From Euprymna scolopes (Eukaryota), in NCBI GenBank assembly GCA_053919585.1, contig CM132792.1: a DNA stretch of 64,000 bases; one strand, 5' to 3'. Shown here one piece after another: positions 12,746 through 26,135 of the stretch (its first letter is position 1; every line of letters begins with the position of its first letter). The notes beneath the pieces were generated by a model. It was given only the letters and a program-made list of their open reading frames with translations, did not search any database and was not told the DNA's origin. Both the position numbers and the translations under genes were made by a program.

Positions 12746-12939
12746 AGTTTCCACAAAAGTCTCTCTAAGTTGCTACTATAAAGAATAGGTCTTTTTTTTT
12801 TACTAATACTTACTAATTCCAAGCAGATTAATGAGAATACATGATTACGCGTCGAAAGATGAGGTACACCATGAGAGTACTAACATTGATCAATGACATG
12901 AATCGTGCGTGATTATTTATAAATCAGTTTATGTCAAGA

Positions 12940-13110
12940 ATATCTTGAAATTAAATTTGGAGACGGCTGTAATTTGGAGACAGTTGTAATCAGCAGGGAA
13001 GCAATCCCACGGTAATGTGTTCCTCAGACGAGAAGTTCTTGTAATAAAGCTCTGTCCATTAAAATTCCGTCTGCCACAGAGCATAATTGGGAGAAAGAAA
13101 TTTTTTTTCC
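12940..13110 (-). mobile_element. CR1-group LINE 3' fragment
   Basis: QSFITRTSRLRNTLPWDCFPADYN matches the C-terminus of the 21243-21833 ORF. Confidence 0.7.
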
Positions 13111-13240
13111 ATTGTTGTACATTAACATGGGTCATTATGACCTCCTGGAACAGATTTCTTAAAAATAAAGATCTACTTGTATTCATGTGTGAGAATATGC
13201 ATTAAAATATGTCATTGCAAATATGCATAAATACGTTACT

Positions 13241-13435
13241 ATTTATTTGCCACCCCTCTTGACGAGGGCTGAATTAGAAACAAGATTAGATTTTAGTGTG
13301 GAAAAAATCAGCTTCCCAAAAAAGCGGACTGGATTGGAGCAAAAATAAAAATCACCTCTGTAGAATAATTTCTCCTTCTCCTTTGGTCGAGGAAAGGAAA
13401 TATCATCTGTTCTATCCGAAGATATACTACACTTT
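13241..13435 (-). mobile_element. Diverged copy of the U2-headed SINE-like repeat
   Basis: Minus strand starts aaagtgtagtat and shares ggagaaat..atttttatttttg..cttgtttctaa..ggcaaataaat with the 46408 and 57972 copies. Confidence 0.55.
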
Positions 13436-14359
13436 ACTCCTATCTAAATGGGCAGGAAGTATGTGTATGTTTTAATACCTAATAATATGTGAATATGTGT
13501 ACACGTACGTTGACCTATCTACTAATATATACGTGTCTGTGTTTGTATAGAGATAAACAACGTCCTTAAAATATATCTGAATCACTTTTGCTACGTTCAG
13601 CAGTATTACATTATTTCATTAATTTTAGAGGCTTTCGCCCTTTCAAGGTGGTCTCCCAAGCACCTAGACGAACGAGGCCAAAAGAGCAACGATCTATTTG
13701 CCCGAAGAGATCTGCGAATTTTATTACATAAATTATATTCTACACATCGCACCCACCCATCTACCGTGCGTAACGACCGAATTTCTTTGCTTACTTCCCA
13801 GGGCGCTCGTTTTGTGCCGACCTAATTTAACCAAAGTTTTTTCCACACTTAACGCCCAGCAAAACGGATAGAATGTCGAGTGGTTGAGATAAACAGACAC
13901 GCTGTTCGACTACAAGAAAAAGAACGAACAGGAAGCCCTCTCCTCTCATGTTCGGAGTCACACCGCTAACACAGTTATTGACCACGGAAGTTATAACAGT
14001 AAGCAAATGTACTTGTACTAACGCTGATGATAATGCTAACAGAGACAAGTAGATAAACTAGCGACGAAGTTACCATAGGTTTTACCGGATGAAATAACTC
14101 GGCCAAATATAAACGACTTGACTAATGGCTATAGATGTATTAATGATGTTTTAGTAGTTATGTAGAGCAGAGTTTGTTTCTCTTCAAGCAGGGTTATTTG
14201 GTACTGCCTAGATTAGGGAAGATGAAATCACAAGCAACTGTATAGTAAGAACAAATAATCATCTACAATCAATAATTCAGATTTCATAAAAATATGTCCA
14301 TTAGATTTTAAAACAATGGCAACATTTAATTTATGAATGCTTTGTGATGAGTAATTTGT

Positions 14360-14582
14360 ATATCTATTTGTTTATTTGCGGACGGTTATCCTCATCTTCA
14401 TAATTGTTGTTTTACGACGTTTCGGCCAACTATTCGTTTGGCCTTCGTCTGATGATACAGTTAAGAGACTATCCCATCTCGTTTAATTACCTGGCGAAGA
14501 CTCGAGAAATAATTGGCTTAGACGTCGTGAAACAGCAACTATGAAGATGAGGATAACAATCTGCAAATAAATAAATGGTATC
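14360..14582. mobile_element. Fold-back element with HHR-like/PLE-type arms
   Basis: tttatttgcggacggttatcctcatcttcataattgttgttttacgacgtttcggcc..ggccttcgtc versus gacgtcgtgaaacagcaactatgaagatgaggataacaatctgcaaataaa. Same family as the 61198 arms. Confidence 0.75.
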
Positions 14583-14944
14583 TTCCAAGAAGTAATTATT
14601 CTTCATTTGCTGCTAAAGAAAAACAATCCAATATGGCTGATTACACTTCTATAATTTCTAATATCTGTTCCAAATTACATAAAAATTTAACCAGTAGCTT
14701 TTACATGCATGGATACATTTATTTTTTGAAGGATACCATAAAAGCACATTCAATAACAAAAAAAGAAAAAAAAAAAGAAAAAAACCTTGAATAAAAACAG
14801 CACGAACAAACCATTACAGGAAGCTAAAAGATTGAGGGTATTTGCAAATAGGCAAGTAGAAAATTACACCAGTAGAATGCATAATAAAAGCAAGGGCTGA
14901 AACCTTAGAAAATGATCTTTAATCTGTAGAACATGGAATGAAGA

Positions 14945-15415
14945 TGTGAATGGATGGTAACATTTAATGCTATTAAGACTAAGTTCTTTCTTTTAACAAT
15001 TACCGGACTTCTCAAATATGGATTACCATCATAAATAACACTCTTCCAGAGAGTTCATCATTTAAAAACCTCGGCTTAACATTCGCAGTAACATGAATTG
15101 GAACAAATAAATTGAAGACATTGCCAAGGCTGCTGAAAAGAAGATGATATCCTTCAACCATGCAAGAAAATTACTCTCACATATCCTTTATCATTATAAT
15201 GCCATCACTCGTTCATGTATGGAGTATTCTTGCCACTCTCTAATACAGGCTTCAACAATGAGTGTCCAGTAAATGTAAAACCCTCTGACTAACCCGACAG
15301 GCAACAAAATCCCACACCTTCACTGTTCGTCTCTATATGCTAGAAAGCGTTCTACTCTGAAAGTGTGTTTTCTTGAACTGCTAAACTTTGAAAATCCCTC
15401 TCTCTTTCCTGCTTC
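14945..15415 (+). mobile_element. Decayed CR1-group LINE fragment
   Basis: Degenerate homolog of 18706-19470 (FKNLGLTF..NMNWN..IEDIAKAA..CMEYSCH). Confidence 0.75.
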
Positions 15416-15423
15416 ATTTACTG

Positions 15424-15490
<67 letters not shown>

Positions 15491-15944
15491 AAGTGACCTT
15501 GTCTGAGTGTGTGGAAAGCATATCTACAAAACTTTTGTGTCTACAGACTTTAAACTTAATATATAAGTTATGTGCACCATTAGTACAATGTCGATTTTTT
15601 TGGTCGATAAAATAGCTACTAAAGGGGTCCAAATTGAAAAAAAAGTTGACCTCGACGGGAGTAAATGAATAAAACCTATTACTTCCCCACATGCGCAAAT
15701 ATACATAAATAGCTTGAAGTCTGTTACATTTAACACTTTCTATTTGTCGATAGCTCAAAATTTACCGACCATGATTGAGCACGAAATATTTGATTTATAT
15801 TTAATTTTAATTCTAGCTACTGGAACTCAAGTTATATTTTTAATTTGAAAAAAAAACATTACTATATATCGGATACAATATAATATTCAATAGAGAATTA
15901 GCTCTGTGATAATAAATAAGATATTTGCATCAGTTAAAATATAT

Positions 15945-16255
15945 AAAAGCGTATTTTATGATATGGCTTCGAATGTTGGAGACTAAAAAAGGCTACTAAA
16001 AGTCGTCTGGAAGCAGCAGAAATATAGTGCATAAGAGGAATTCTAAGAATCTCACGAATAGAAAGACAAATGGAGAAGTAATTAAAAGCATAGAGTGCAA
16101 CATATCATTTTTAAATACCATCCACGCAAGACAGTTGAAATTCTTTGGATATCTCAACAAGATCAAGAGGTGCACAACCATAAACCGCATTAACAGGATC
16201 AAATGCAGAAGAAAATTGGGAGACATGATCATCGATGTCTGCGAAGCCAGACCTG
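15945..16255 (+). mobile_element. Decayed RTE-clade LINE C-terminal fragment
   Basis: YGFECW..RLEAAE..RIS and LNTIHARQLKFFGYL resemble the RTE ORF C-terminus (YGxExW...RQLxxxGH). Confidence 0.6.
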
Positions 16256-16323
16256 ATACATGAAGACGAAAACAGTTCTCCCATGTATATGCACATATTT
16301 TTATCGCGTATGTATAGATAGAG

Positions 16324-16376
<53 letters not shown>

Positions 16377-16442
16377 ATATTTTCTGATTTATGTAATGAT
16401 ACCCTAATTCTTTTTTTTTTCCATTTTAATGTTAATGAGTTC

Positions 16443-16540
16443 TTATTCTTCTGATGAGTTAGGATGGAAATTAATTAAAAAATTGACAATATAAATATAT
16501 GATTGTTTCTGCGTTAGGAAACAGGTTCTGTCAAGAATAA
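16443..16540 (+). ncRNA. Type I hammerhead ribozyme with extended stem II
   Basis: UUAUUCUU-CUGAUGA-[60 nt, partly paired]-GAAA-CAG(GUU)CUG-UC-AAGAAUAA. Stem I 8 bp, GUC triplet, non-canonical stem II closing pair. Confidence 0.7.
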
Positions 16541-16545
16541 AATAT

Positions 16546-16584
<39 letters not shown>

Positions 16585-16585
<1 letters not shown>

Positions 16586-17145
16586 TAGCAAAACTACCTG
16601 CTGTTGACTGAGTTCACAAACAGCCTACAGAAAATGGACTTATGATTTATGAAAGTGTGATAGGTTATGAAAAGGATCGGTTGTAAAGAGATAGCTTCGA
16701 ATTTGGGTGTATCAAAGCCAAAGCAAAATATGATGAATGTAAAAATAAAATAGATAAACCCCATAATTTATTATACCATACCTGTTCACACTGAAACACT
16801 TATCACAATATTCTGTGGATCTATATTAAAAAGACCTTGTTAAACTTTGTGACATATTTCCATTCTATGGAGGCCAGGCGCTAACGCAGACCCCACAATT
16901 TTATTATACCATCCCTATTTAAATTAAAACATACTTATCAAAGTATTCTTATGTACATCTATATCAAAAACACTTTTTTTTTAATTTTCTAATTTTTTAT
17001 CTCCATACTTTGTGGACCAGGCGCGAACGCAGCCCCACAATTTTAATGAACCTCCGTTCTGCCAGATCAAACATACACATTCTTGTGTCTTGATACATCT
17101 TCTATCATTATATGTAATCAGTTTTTTTTAAAATAGTCAACCATA
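16585..17145 (-). mobile_element. Non-autonomous Helitron family A, copy 1 (5' end lost in gap)
   Basis: Reverse complement of the copies at 20375, 49237 and 60302. CTAG terminus in (TA)n. Confidence 0.8.
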
Positions 17146-17766
17146 NNNNNNNNNNNNNNNNNNNNNNNNNNNNNNNNNNNNNNNNNNNNNNNNNNNNNNN
17201 NNNNNNNNNNNNNNNNNNNNNNNNNNNNNNNNNNNNNNNNNNNNNNNNNNNNNNNNNNNNNNNNNNNNNNNNNNNNNNNNNNNNNNATCTGTCTATTCTG
17301 TGCACTAAATATATTATATTCTATTCCGGAAATCGAACGCATTGCTGAACATAGAGAGAGATAGAGAAAGGTAGAGAGAAAAATAGAGAGAGAGATAGAG
17401 AGATAGAGAGGCGTGTAGTTATAACTCAATATATACGATACCTGAATCATTCGATCAGACCAGACAACGTGTTAGAACAGGGTTGAAGGTTCCCACTTAT
17501 TATTGCCGTTGCTGAGAGGCAATTGCTGATTTTCCTTTTTTATTTTAGTTTTTGTGCATTTGGATTGAGAAAATCGGTTTATTCTTTTGTGCTGATTTCG
17601 GCGTCAAATATCGATGCACAAAAGTAGCAAAAAGCTCGTTCGAAAGAATATTCTATATTTGCTCGATTGTATGAAAACATGTGTCTGAAGATACTAGCAT
17701 AATAAGTAATATTAGAAATATATACACTTCATCAATGCTCTCTTTTCCTCTCCCCCTCTCTCTATC

Positions 17767-17821
<55 letters not shown>

Positions 17822-17822
<1 letters not shown>

Positions 17823-18220
17823 CACAATTATATTAAAGCAAATTTATCTCCGCGTGTGTGCGTTCGTTCCTCATAGACCCCTAAACGGCTGAACAGATCT
17901 TCTCTAAAATTTGCAGATCTTTTGTGTATAAGTCTGGGAATGATTTTATTTAAGTTTTTTTCTCAGAATACGCCAGATAAATATCGATAATCGATAATTG
18001 AAACCGTTATTTTAATTTATCTAAACATCGGTAAAACAATTTTTCCATGTCGTCGCTTAACAATGATAGAAAAACGGGCCGTGAAACTTCTACTTTGGGT
18101 AAGTTGATAGCGTGTTTTTTTCTTTGTATGACGTGGTTTGTAGGTTAAAACTCCGCACGTACATTTTTAATTTTTTTTTCATTAACGGCAAAGAATTTTA
18201 TAAGACTTGAAAATTGACGT

Positions 18221-18255
<35 letters not shown>

Positions 18256-18460
18256 AAAACGTGGTATATAGGTTCAAAGACCGCACTTAAATTTCTGAAT
18301 GTTTTTAGAATAGCATATATTTTGGACTAAGTTACTGTATGAAGGTATCTGAAGCTTCCTTCATGGCGATTTCAAAAATTTCGATGACAATACAAATATA
18401 AGAATGGGAAATATTCGTTGATCATCATACAATCCCGGCCAACGTTGGATCTCTCTGCTA

Positions 18461-18461
<1 letters not shown>
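17822..18461 (+). mobile_element. Non-autonomous Helitron-like element family B
   Basis: 5' attatattaaagc..gtgtgtgcgttcgttcc..aaacggctgaac (shared with 40672). 3' hairpin followed by CTAG|T in (TA)n. Confidence 0.65.
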
Positions 18462-18516
<55 letters not shown>

Positions 18517-18639
18517 TTTTAATGGAAAGATCCAGGAAATAAATGAAAGTTATAAAAAAGAAAACGTGAGTCTTTGAATTTTCAACAAAATTTTACACTA
18601 TTTAAAAAAAAATAATTTTTTTTTGAATTCAATTTTCAC

Positions 18640-19475
18640 ATCAAACAAGGCACAGTGCCACTTTGAAGCAGGGGGCTACTATTAGGGACTTAATTAGCGG
18701 GGTCATTATGAAGGGAGATGATCAGAAAGATGTTTGTTAACATTACACTTGAACTTCTGCATATCAGTGCAGTTGGGAAAGCAGAATCGCGGAAGGGAGT
18801 TCCAAAGACCCGCAGTTCTGGGGAAGAAACTATTGGAGTAAAAAGCTTTCTTGCACCTAGGTATCTCTACTGTAAAGGGATGCGACTTAGTAGCTTGTCG
18901 GGTTTGTCGGGGGTAGTTACATCGGGGAGGTACAAGTGTTTGCAGTTCGTCAGAGCATTCACCATTAAAGTATTTGTAGAACAGGCAGACGGATGCAACA
19001 TCTCGTCGATGGGACAGAGGCTGAAGCATAGATGACAATTCAGGACCTATCAGGTTGGCGACTCTCTTTTGAATCCTGTCCAGGAGCGAGAGACAAGCAG
19101 CAGATGCACCAGCCCAGATGTGACAACAGTACTCCATACATGGGCGAATGGTGGCCTTATAGAGGTATAGGATGCTGTCAGGCGTAAGTAGTTTTCTAGC
19201 ACGGTAGAGGGAGCCAACCTTCCCTGCAGCAGCCTTGGCAATGCTCTCAATGTATATATTCCAGTTCATATTCCCTGTAAACGTTAGGCCGAGGAGTTTA
19301 AAAGAAGTATTTTTAGACAATGTGTTCTTGGCCATTGCTATTGGTGGTAGAGAGGGTTCTTGTAGTTATTGAAGGAAACAAGCTTAGTCTTAGCAGCATT
19401 TAATGTGACCAACCATTTTTGTTCCCATTCCACTAGAGATTGGAGGCCATCCTCTAGTGTTTCTGCCATTTCCTT
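18640..19475 (-). mobile_element. CR1-group LINE 3' portion (RT C-terminus), open ORF 18706-19335
   Basis: KLLGLTF..W..YIESIAK..LYKATIRPCMEYCCHIW..LDRIQKR..FFPRTAGLWNSLP. Confidence 0.9.
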
Positions 19476-19520
19476 GGATATGTGTTCATTTGTTTTCCCC
19501 TCATATGTGTTATAGAGAGT

Positions 19521-19578
<58 letters not shown>

Positions 19579-19639
19579 ATTGGTAGTAATTATTAAGTGT
19601 GTCTACCAAAAGAGTGCTCAATGTTTAGACAGAGCCAAA

Positions 19640-19759
19640 ATAAGTTAATTTAGTATCCAACCAAATGGCTACATATAGGCATACATGTTTCGGCGAAAAC
19701 CCGGTAAGGGAATCGCTTCGTCAGGCCAAAGACATCTCTCTGGTTGGATACTAAATTAA

Positions 19760-19764
<5 letters not shown>
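19640..19764 (-). mobile_element. Short element with perfect 24-bp inverted ends enclosing an HHR-like core
   Basis: ataagttaatttagtatccaacca / tggttggatactaaattaacttat. Minus strand reads CUGACGA-AGCGA..UCGCC-GAAACAUGUA. Confidence 0.7.
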
Positions 19765-19810
<46 letters not shown>

Positions 19811-20374
19811 TGTAAAAGGCACTTAAATATGCTATTTCAATTCATTCTAACTTCGTATTTACTATAGAACTAATTGTCTATTGATAATTATATTGTACTC
19901 AATGTATAGAAGTGGCCTCCTCCTCCGGCGTTACCCGGTCATAAAATACGCTTAATAGTGATATTTTAATCCATGCAGATTTCCTATCCATTATTAAAAG
20001 ACAATACTCTATTGATTATTAGATAGTGCCCAATATATATTAGTTATTTAAAAACATGACGCGAGTGCAACCAAAATATTTGGCGCTACAACTTTGATTG
20101 TTACGGTTTGAGCGATCTTCATGTGAATTAGAAATCGTTAAAATTTAACTAACTTTAACATATCAATGTATATTGCGCATGCATAAAATAGCAGTTTAAG
20201 NNNNNNNNNNNNNNNNNNNNNNNNNNNNNNNNNNNNNNNNNNNNNNNNNNNNNNNNNNNNNNNNNNNNNNNNNNNNNNNNNNNNNNNNNNNNNNNNNNNN
20301 NNNNNNNNNNNNNNNNNNNNNNNNNNNNNNNNNNNNNNNNNNNNNNNNNNNNNNNNNNNNNNNNNNNNNNNNNN

Positions 20375-21002
20375 ATGTTTGACTATTTAAAAAAAACTGA
20401 TTGCATATAATGATAGAAGATGTATCGAGACTCATGAATGGGTATGTTTGATCTGGCAGAACGGTGGTTCATTAAAATTGTGGGGTCTGCGTTCGCGCCT
20501 GGTCCACAAAGTATGGAAAAAAAATTAAAAAACACGTTTACAAGTGTTTTTGATAAGTGTGGGGTCTGAGTTCGCGCCTGGCCTCCATTGAATGGAAATA
20601 GGCACAAACTTTAATAAAGACTTTTCATATCTATCTGAGTAAGTATACTTTGATAATTATGTTTCAGTTTGAAGAAATATGGTATAATAAAATTATGGGG
20701 TGTTCGTTCGCACCTGACCTCTATAAAATGGAAATATGTCACAAAGTTTAACAAGGTTTTTTAATATACATCCACAAAATATTGTGATAAGTGTTTCAGT
20801 GTGAACAGGAATGGTATAATAAATTATGGGGTTTATCTATTTTACTTTTACTTTCATCATATTTTGCTTTGGTTTTGATACCCCCAAATTCAAAGCTATC
20901 CTTTTACAACCCTTCCTTTTCATAACCTATCATACTTTCATAAATCAGAGTCCATTTGCTGTAGGCTGTTTTGAACCCAGTCAACGACGGGTACTTTTGC
21001 TA

Positions 21003-21003
<1 letters not shown>
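20375..21003 (+). mobile_element. Non-autonomous Helitron family A, copy 2
   Basis: Internal subrepeats gtggggtctgcgttcgcgcctgg. 3' hairpin acccagtc-aac-gacgggt, then CTAG|T. Confidence 0.85.
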
Positions 21004-21071
<68 letters not shown>

Positions 21072-21144
21072 TTAATGCTTACAACAAAAAGAAATTGATG
21101 ATGAAAATAAAAATTGAATGAATTACGATATTTATTTATTTATC

Positions 21145-22872
21145 TTTTACACAGTGATCACCACTTATCAAGGCCCGGAAGCCACTCAGGGATAAGGGTT
21201 TTTGCAAGTACATTAAGTTAGTGTGGAGATTTGATGAAGTGTTTACTTAAGGGGGCGGTTCATTAGGAATTTGTTAACGTTGGACTTGAAGACATCTAAG
21301 TTGTAGTCTGGTGGGAAGCAGGCAGACGGAACAGAGTTCCACAGGCGTGCAGTTCTAAGAAGGAAGCTTTGTTCATGGAATCCGCGTTTTGATTTAGGCA
21401 CATATATGGAGTGGGGGAAATTTGTCACAGTGGATTCAGCTAGACGGGTGTTTTTCGTGAAAGATTGGCGAGGCGGGGGCAGAGATTGGAGCTCAGACGA
21501 GCACCTGCCTTGGAAATAAGGATAAAACAAGGATAGGCTCGCAACGTCTCTTCTGTGGGAGAGAGGTTGCAGGGTAGAGAAAAGGGCATCCCCCACTAAG
21601 CCACGAAGTCTATTTTGTACTCTGTCAAGGCAGGATAGGCTGTTTTTAGCAGCTCCTGCCCAGATATGGCAACAGTATTCCATCCTTGGACGTACTTGGC
21701 TTTTATATAGATAGAGAATTGCATCAGTAGTGAGATATCTTCTGGAGCGGTAGAAGGATCCCACTATCTTTCCAGCAACCTTGGCAACAGATTTGATGTA
21801 CGTGTTCCATTTCAGATCAGGAGTAAAGGTCAAACCCAGAAGCTTGTCAAAACGCGAGAGCCATCCATTACAATTGATGCCAGATGAGGATCAGAGCGGT
21901 GATGATGTAAAGATAGGAGTTTGGTTTTGGATGCATTAAAGGTAACCAGCCACATCTTCCCTCACTGAACCACGCGCTCGAGATCAGAGGAGAGAGAATC
22001 AGAGAGAACTTTGTCATTTACAGCCTTTGATGTGTTGCCGTAGATGGTCGTGTCATTAGCATAGATGTCAACGAATGATTTAAGTATGTGTTTAGGGAGG
22101 TCATTGATGTAGACCAGGAAGAGAGTTGGGCCTAGGATTGACCTCTGAGGGACTCCAGCATTTATATTGCAGGCCTCCGATTTTGGTCCATCTACCACTA
22201 CTCTTATGAGCCTATCGGAGAGAAATGATTTAATGATAGAGAACACATTTCCAGTTATACCGTAGCTGGAAATCTTGTGAAGTAGACCCTTATGCCATAC
22301 CTTGTCGAAGGCCTTTGATATGTCAAGAGCAATTGCCCTAGAAAGGAAGCCTTTGTCAAGAGATTCACTAATCCTGTGGGATATAACCGTCAGCACACCT
22401 GCGGTAGATCTTGCAGAACGGAAACCATATTGTGTGTCACTAAGAAGGTTATTCTTGCTGAGGTGATTGACTATTTCTCTATTTAATCTGGATTCCAGGA
22501 AGTTACTCATAACACACAGGAGACTTATTGGTCTGTACTGAGAGGGAGATGACTTATCACCTGAATTCTTAAATACAGGGCAAACTGAATAGGTCTTCCA
22601 GGGAGTCGGAAAGCACTTCTCCTTAAGCCAATGCTTAAACAGTTTCGTAAGTATGGGAGCAAGTTCTGGTTGAAGCTTTTTTAACACTATAATTGGGATA
22701 CTGTCAGGGGCAGTTGCTTTACTGGAATCTAGGTTCTTGATTATCTTGGCGACCTCATGAACGGATATTTGTATGTTACCTAGCTTGTTCTGTGTTATAG
22801 GAGGGAATATGGGGAGTTGATGACCTTCGTCGCATAGGGTAGAATTAGCTGCAAAGTTCTTGGCAAATAATT
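21145..22872 (-). mobile_element. 5'-truncated CR1-group LINE with RT domain (pseudogenised)
   Basis: YRPISLL, QYGFR, LDISKAFDKVWH, GVPQRSILGPTLFLVYINDL, YAND (YADD mutated). ORFs 21962-22879 and 21243-21833 are separated by a stop/frameshift. 3' UTR shared with the 35388 and 36437 copies. Confidence 0.95.
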
Positions 22873-23081
22873 TATGCATGAAACATTCAAATACTGAATT
22901 ATAATGACAGAAATCATTAAACCATAGATTCTCTATGATAGACTCTTTTTTCAGACTATTAGCATTAGTAAAATATATGCTTTTTATATATTAATATCTA
23001 AACATATATATATATATATATATATGAATTTTACACACATATAGGTATATTAATGTTTCATATACATTTCATAATATATAC

Positions 23082-23123
<42 letters not shown>

Positions 23124-23446
23124 TTTACTTTACTATTGTTCCGTGTATTAACAGATTTTAGTAGCATTATAAAGGATATTTACGGCAAATTAGATATACA
23201 TGAACTTTTTTATATACTAGCGGCATCGTTTCGTCGACACATACAACGCCGAATCAAGCGCAAAATCGAGTACACTCAACATCAAGTACACTCAACATCG
23301 TCTTACCATCAACGCTTACTCTGTGAACTCGAAGTATGGGAAATTTCCATATGCACAAAACAAAATCACTGAAAAAACAAAAATACCCTAACTAAGAGTA
23401 AGGATAATGAGTAAACGTCGGATAAAATGATGCTTAAAATTATTAT

Positions 23447-23518
23447 AAACTTGCAAGGATTCGAACCTGGAATTTTCTGATCCATAATCAGACGAATTAT
23501 CCATGGCACCGCAAGTCC
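23447..23518 (-). pseudogene. tRNA-Arg(ACG)-derived pseudogene or SINE head
   Basis: ggacttgcggtgccatggataattcgtctgattatggatcagaaaattccaggttcgaatccttgcaag resembles eukaryotic tRNA-Arg(ACG). The anticodon has decayed to ATG. Confidence 0.75.
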
Positions 23519-24000
23519 TGCTCGTATGCCGAAAGATATTACCGTGACTGTATACAGAGAATGCTAAATTCCGTTGACACGGGCAGGTAACTTGGACAAT
23601 TACACGAAGCGGCCCAAAAACCCTTATTTTGGTCTTTTTGTGTGACTCGATGTTGTTCGTTACGAACCATATATAGATAAGGACAATCTAGGAATTCACA
23701 CCTTGCAGGGGAAAAAAAGAAGCAAAGACTTAAATTATAGTCCGGACGCCAGAATTTTTTCAGTGATATACAACAGCGGATTTTAAGAAGTCCACAAAAG
23801 TCAACTAGGAGATTACTTCAGCAAGATGTTTTTTTTTAAAAATTATTGAGCATGAGAGCATACAGAATAATGTGTGTTCAGGAGCTGAAGTTGCCCGACA
23901 AATATAAACGTCTTCAGTATTGCAGGTGGCTGCTGAGTTAGGTTGAAAAATTGATTAAAGAAAGATAAGGGAGATCGTGCTACTTTTAAGTGAGCCACCC

Positions 24001-24056
<56 letters not shown>

Positions 24057-25904
24057 GTAATGTGATTTTTCTTTCCCTGTATTTTAATTAAATTAGTAAT
24101 GTTACTATTACATTAAAATACACTCTGCTCTTTAGACTATTGTTCTAATCTACCTACATGCCTAATTATTTTGTATTTTAATGTTTGTTAAAGCATTACA
24201 TTGCGGTACAGTTTAATTTTCAAGATGGCGTAACGGACATCCCCAAAGTTGGCTTTATGAGTTTTTCGCCTTTTGGGGTAAACAAACCAACAAACATATA
24301 GACCATGAAATATTTAACAAATAACTGTTCTAAAAAGCTTTAAATTTGTCTTAGAAATAAGTGTTCATGTTCAGGATTAAGTGCGTATATTCGAAATTAG
24401 TAGAAGAGAAAAAACTAAACAAATTTAAGATATTTTCGTATTTTATTAAAAGGATGCATTGAAAGATTTATATGTGTTTGCCATGCTTAGAGTTTACCAT
24501 TCTATTACCCATTTCTGTCTATGGAACTCTAAAAGTATAATTCTTATATATGTTCTTCTTAAACACACATTTGTTATTATACGACATAATCTTGAACAAG
24601 CAATGTTATTAATTAATGGTAGTGGGTAATTACAATTTAGCTTTTGATTCTCTGAAACGTACGCTATTTCACCTAACAGACTGAACGACTAGCTGCTGGA
24701 GAAGTCTTCTTATAGAAATGCTTTTAAGAGACAAAGTAAATGATTCGTGAACACTGAAAAGATTACTTTTATTGACGTAGGTAGAAACGTTGATAATAAT
24801 ACTTTTATTTCTATTTCTGTTCAAATATTGTCTCCGTTTTATCATTCGGTTTCGTATAGCAAAACTTACCTAGATAAGTCACCTTGGCAGTTAAGGTTAT
24901 TTATAAATTCCATTAGATTGAAATAGCTACTGGCAGAACGGCAATTGGAGAGGGCAATTTCTGGACAACTTGATAAACACTCAATCTGTAAATAGGTTTT
25001 TGGCCCAGACTTTCAAATGAGAAATCCTAGACATTAATAATTTTGAATTTAAAATGTTGATTTAATTAACATCGCAAGAAGTTATAAAGTGGTGACGGAG
25101 AGTTTAGTCGGCTTATCCTATTTTCCCGCATTTCAATAGCTCTGGGCACATTAGGAACTTTGAGTAGAATCCAAACCCGGGTCCGTGAACATCAGTTGCT
25201 TACATTGTTAGTTAAATGTTTTTTGTTCGGTAACCTTGGCTAAACAACGTCTCAGCGTTGAATTTAATTTAAAACTAATGATAAGCATTTAAAAAAGATG
25301 ATAATAGCAACAATACGAAAACGGTTTTCATAAATTATCGAACATACACAAGGCTGAGAAAGGAATTTATGCTCAACCTATGTTCATTTATTATTATCAC
25401 ACCACAAGGCGTTCCCAAATCGTAAAATACGATTAAATAAGATGTTTTGATTTATGTAGATTTTGTATTTATTATTGTAGACCCTATTCTCTATTGATTA
25501 TCATATTGTACCCAATATATAGTAGTGCTTTCAAAAGTAAGAAAAGGCTTGCTGCCATCTGCTAGAAACCAAAACATGCACATCTTCCGTTTTATTCGTT
25601 ACCTTCTGAGCCACGTCAAAATGCATGTAAAAAGTGAAAAAAATAACGTTTCTAAACCTATAAATGTATTCTAGCAGATGTATAAATATCACTTTTAATC
25701 GAATTACGGTTGCTACGTACTAATTTTATCAATTTTGATAAAAGAATCATAAACAAAAGTATCTCCGTTATATTTAATAATGTCTGCTTGAATGAAAAAA
25801 TGTTGCCTAAACATACTAATATATTCATACATAATTAAAAAAAAGATATAACTATAACTACGCGTAATAGTTAAATAAAACTAATCATCTAATACGAAAC
25901 TAAA

Positions 25905-26135
25905 ACATTTGCAAATGAATTTTCTTATCGCAACAATCGCTTCCTTAATATTGCAGCAGTTTTCAGTATTGTTATCTGTTGTAAATTCTCATCAATCTCC
26001 CTGATTCCAATCTCTCCCATTCTTTCTTCAAACCTTTTCGGTATTGTTCCTAGTCCTCCTTCTATTATTGGTGCCATGTTTATTCATCTTCCATATTCAA
26101 ACGAGGGATTAGTAAATTCATAATATTTGACATTG
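25905..26135 (-). mobile_element. R4/Dong-like (restriction-like endonuclease) LINE 3' fragment
   Basis: PIIEGGLGTIPKRFEERMGEIGI..LQQITILKTAAILRK resembles the PxxxGALG..LQK..L.TA.ILR C-terminus. Confidence 0.6.

Noticed and set aside
23447-23518. Functional tRNA with ATG anticodon
   Set aside because: The D arm is degenerate; better explained as a CpG-decayed tRNA-Arg(ACG) copy.
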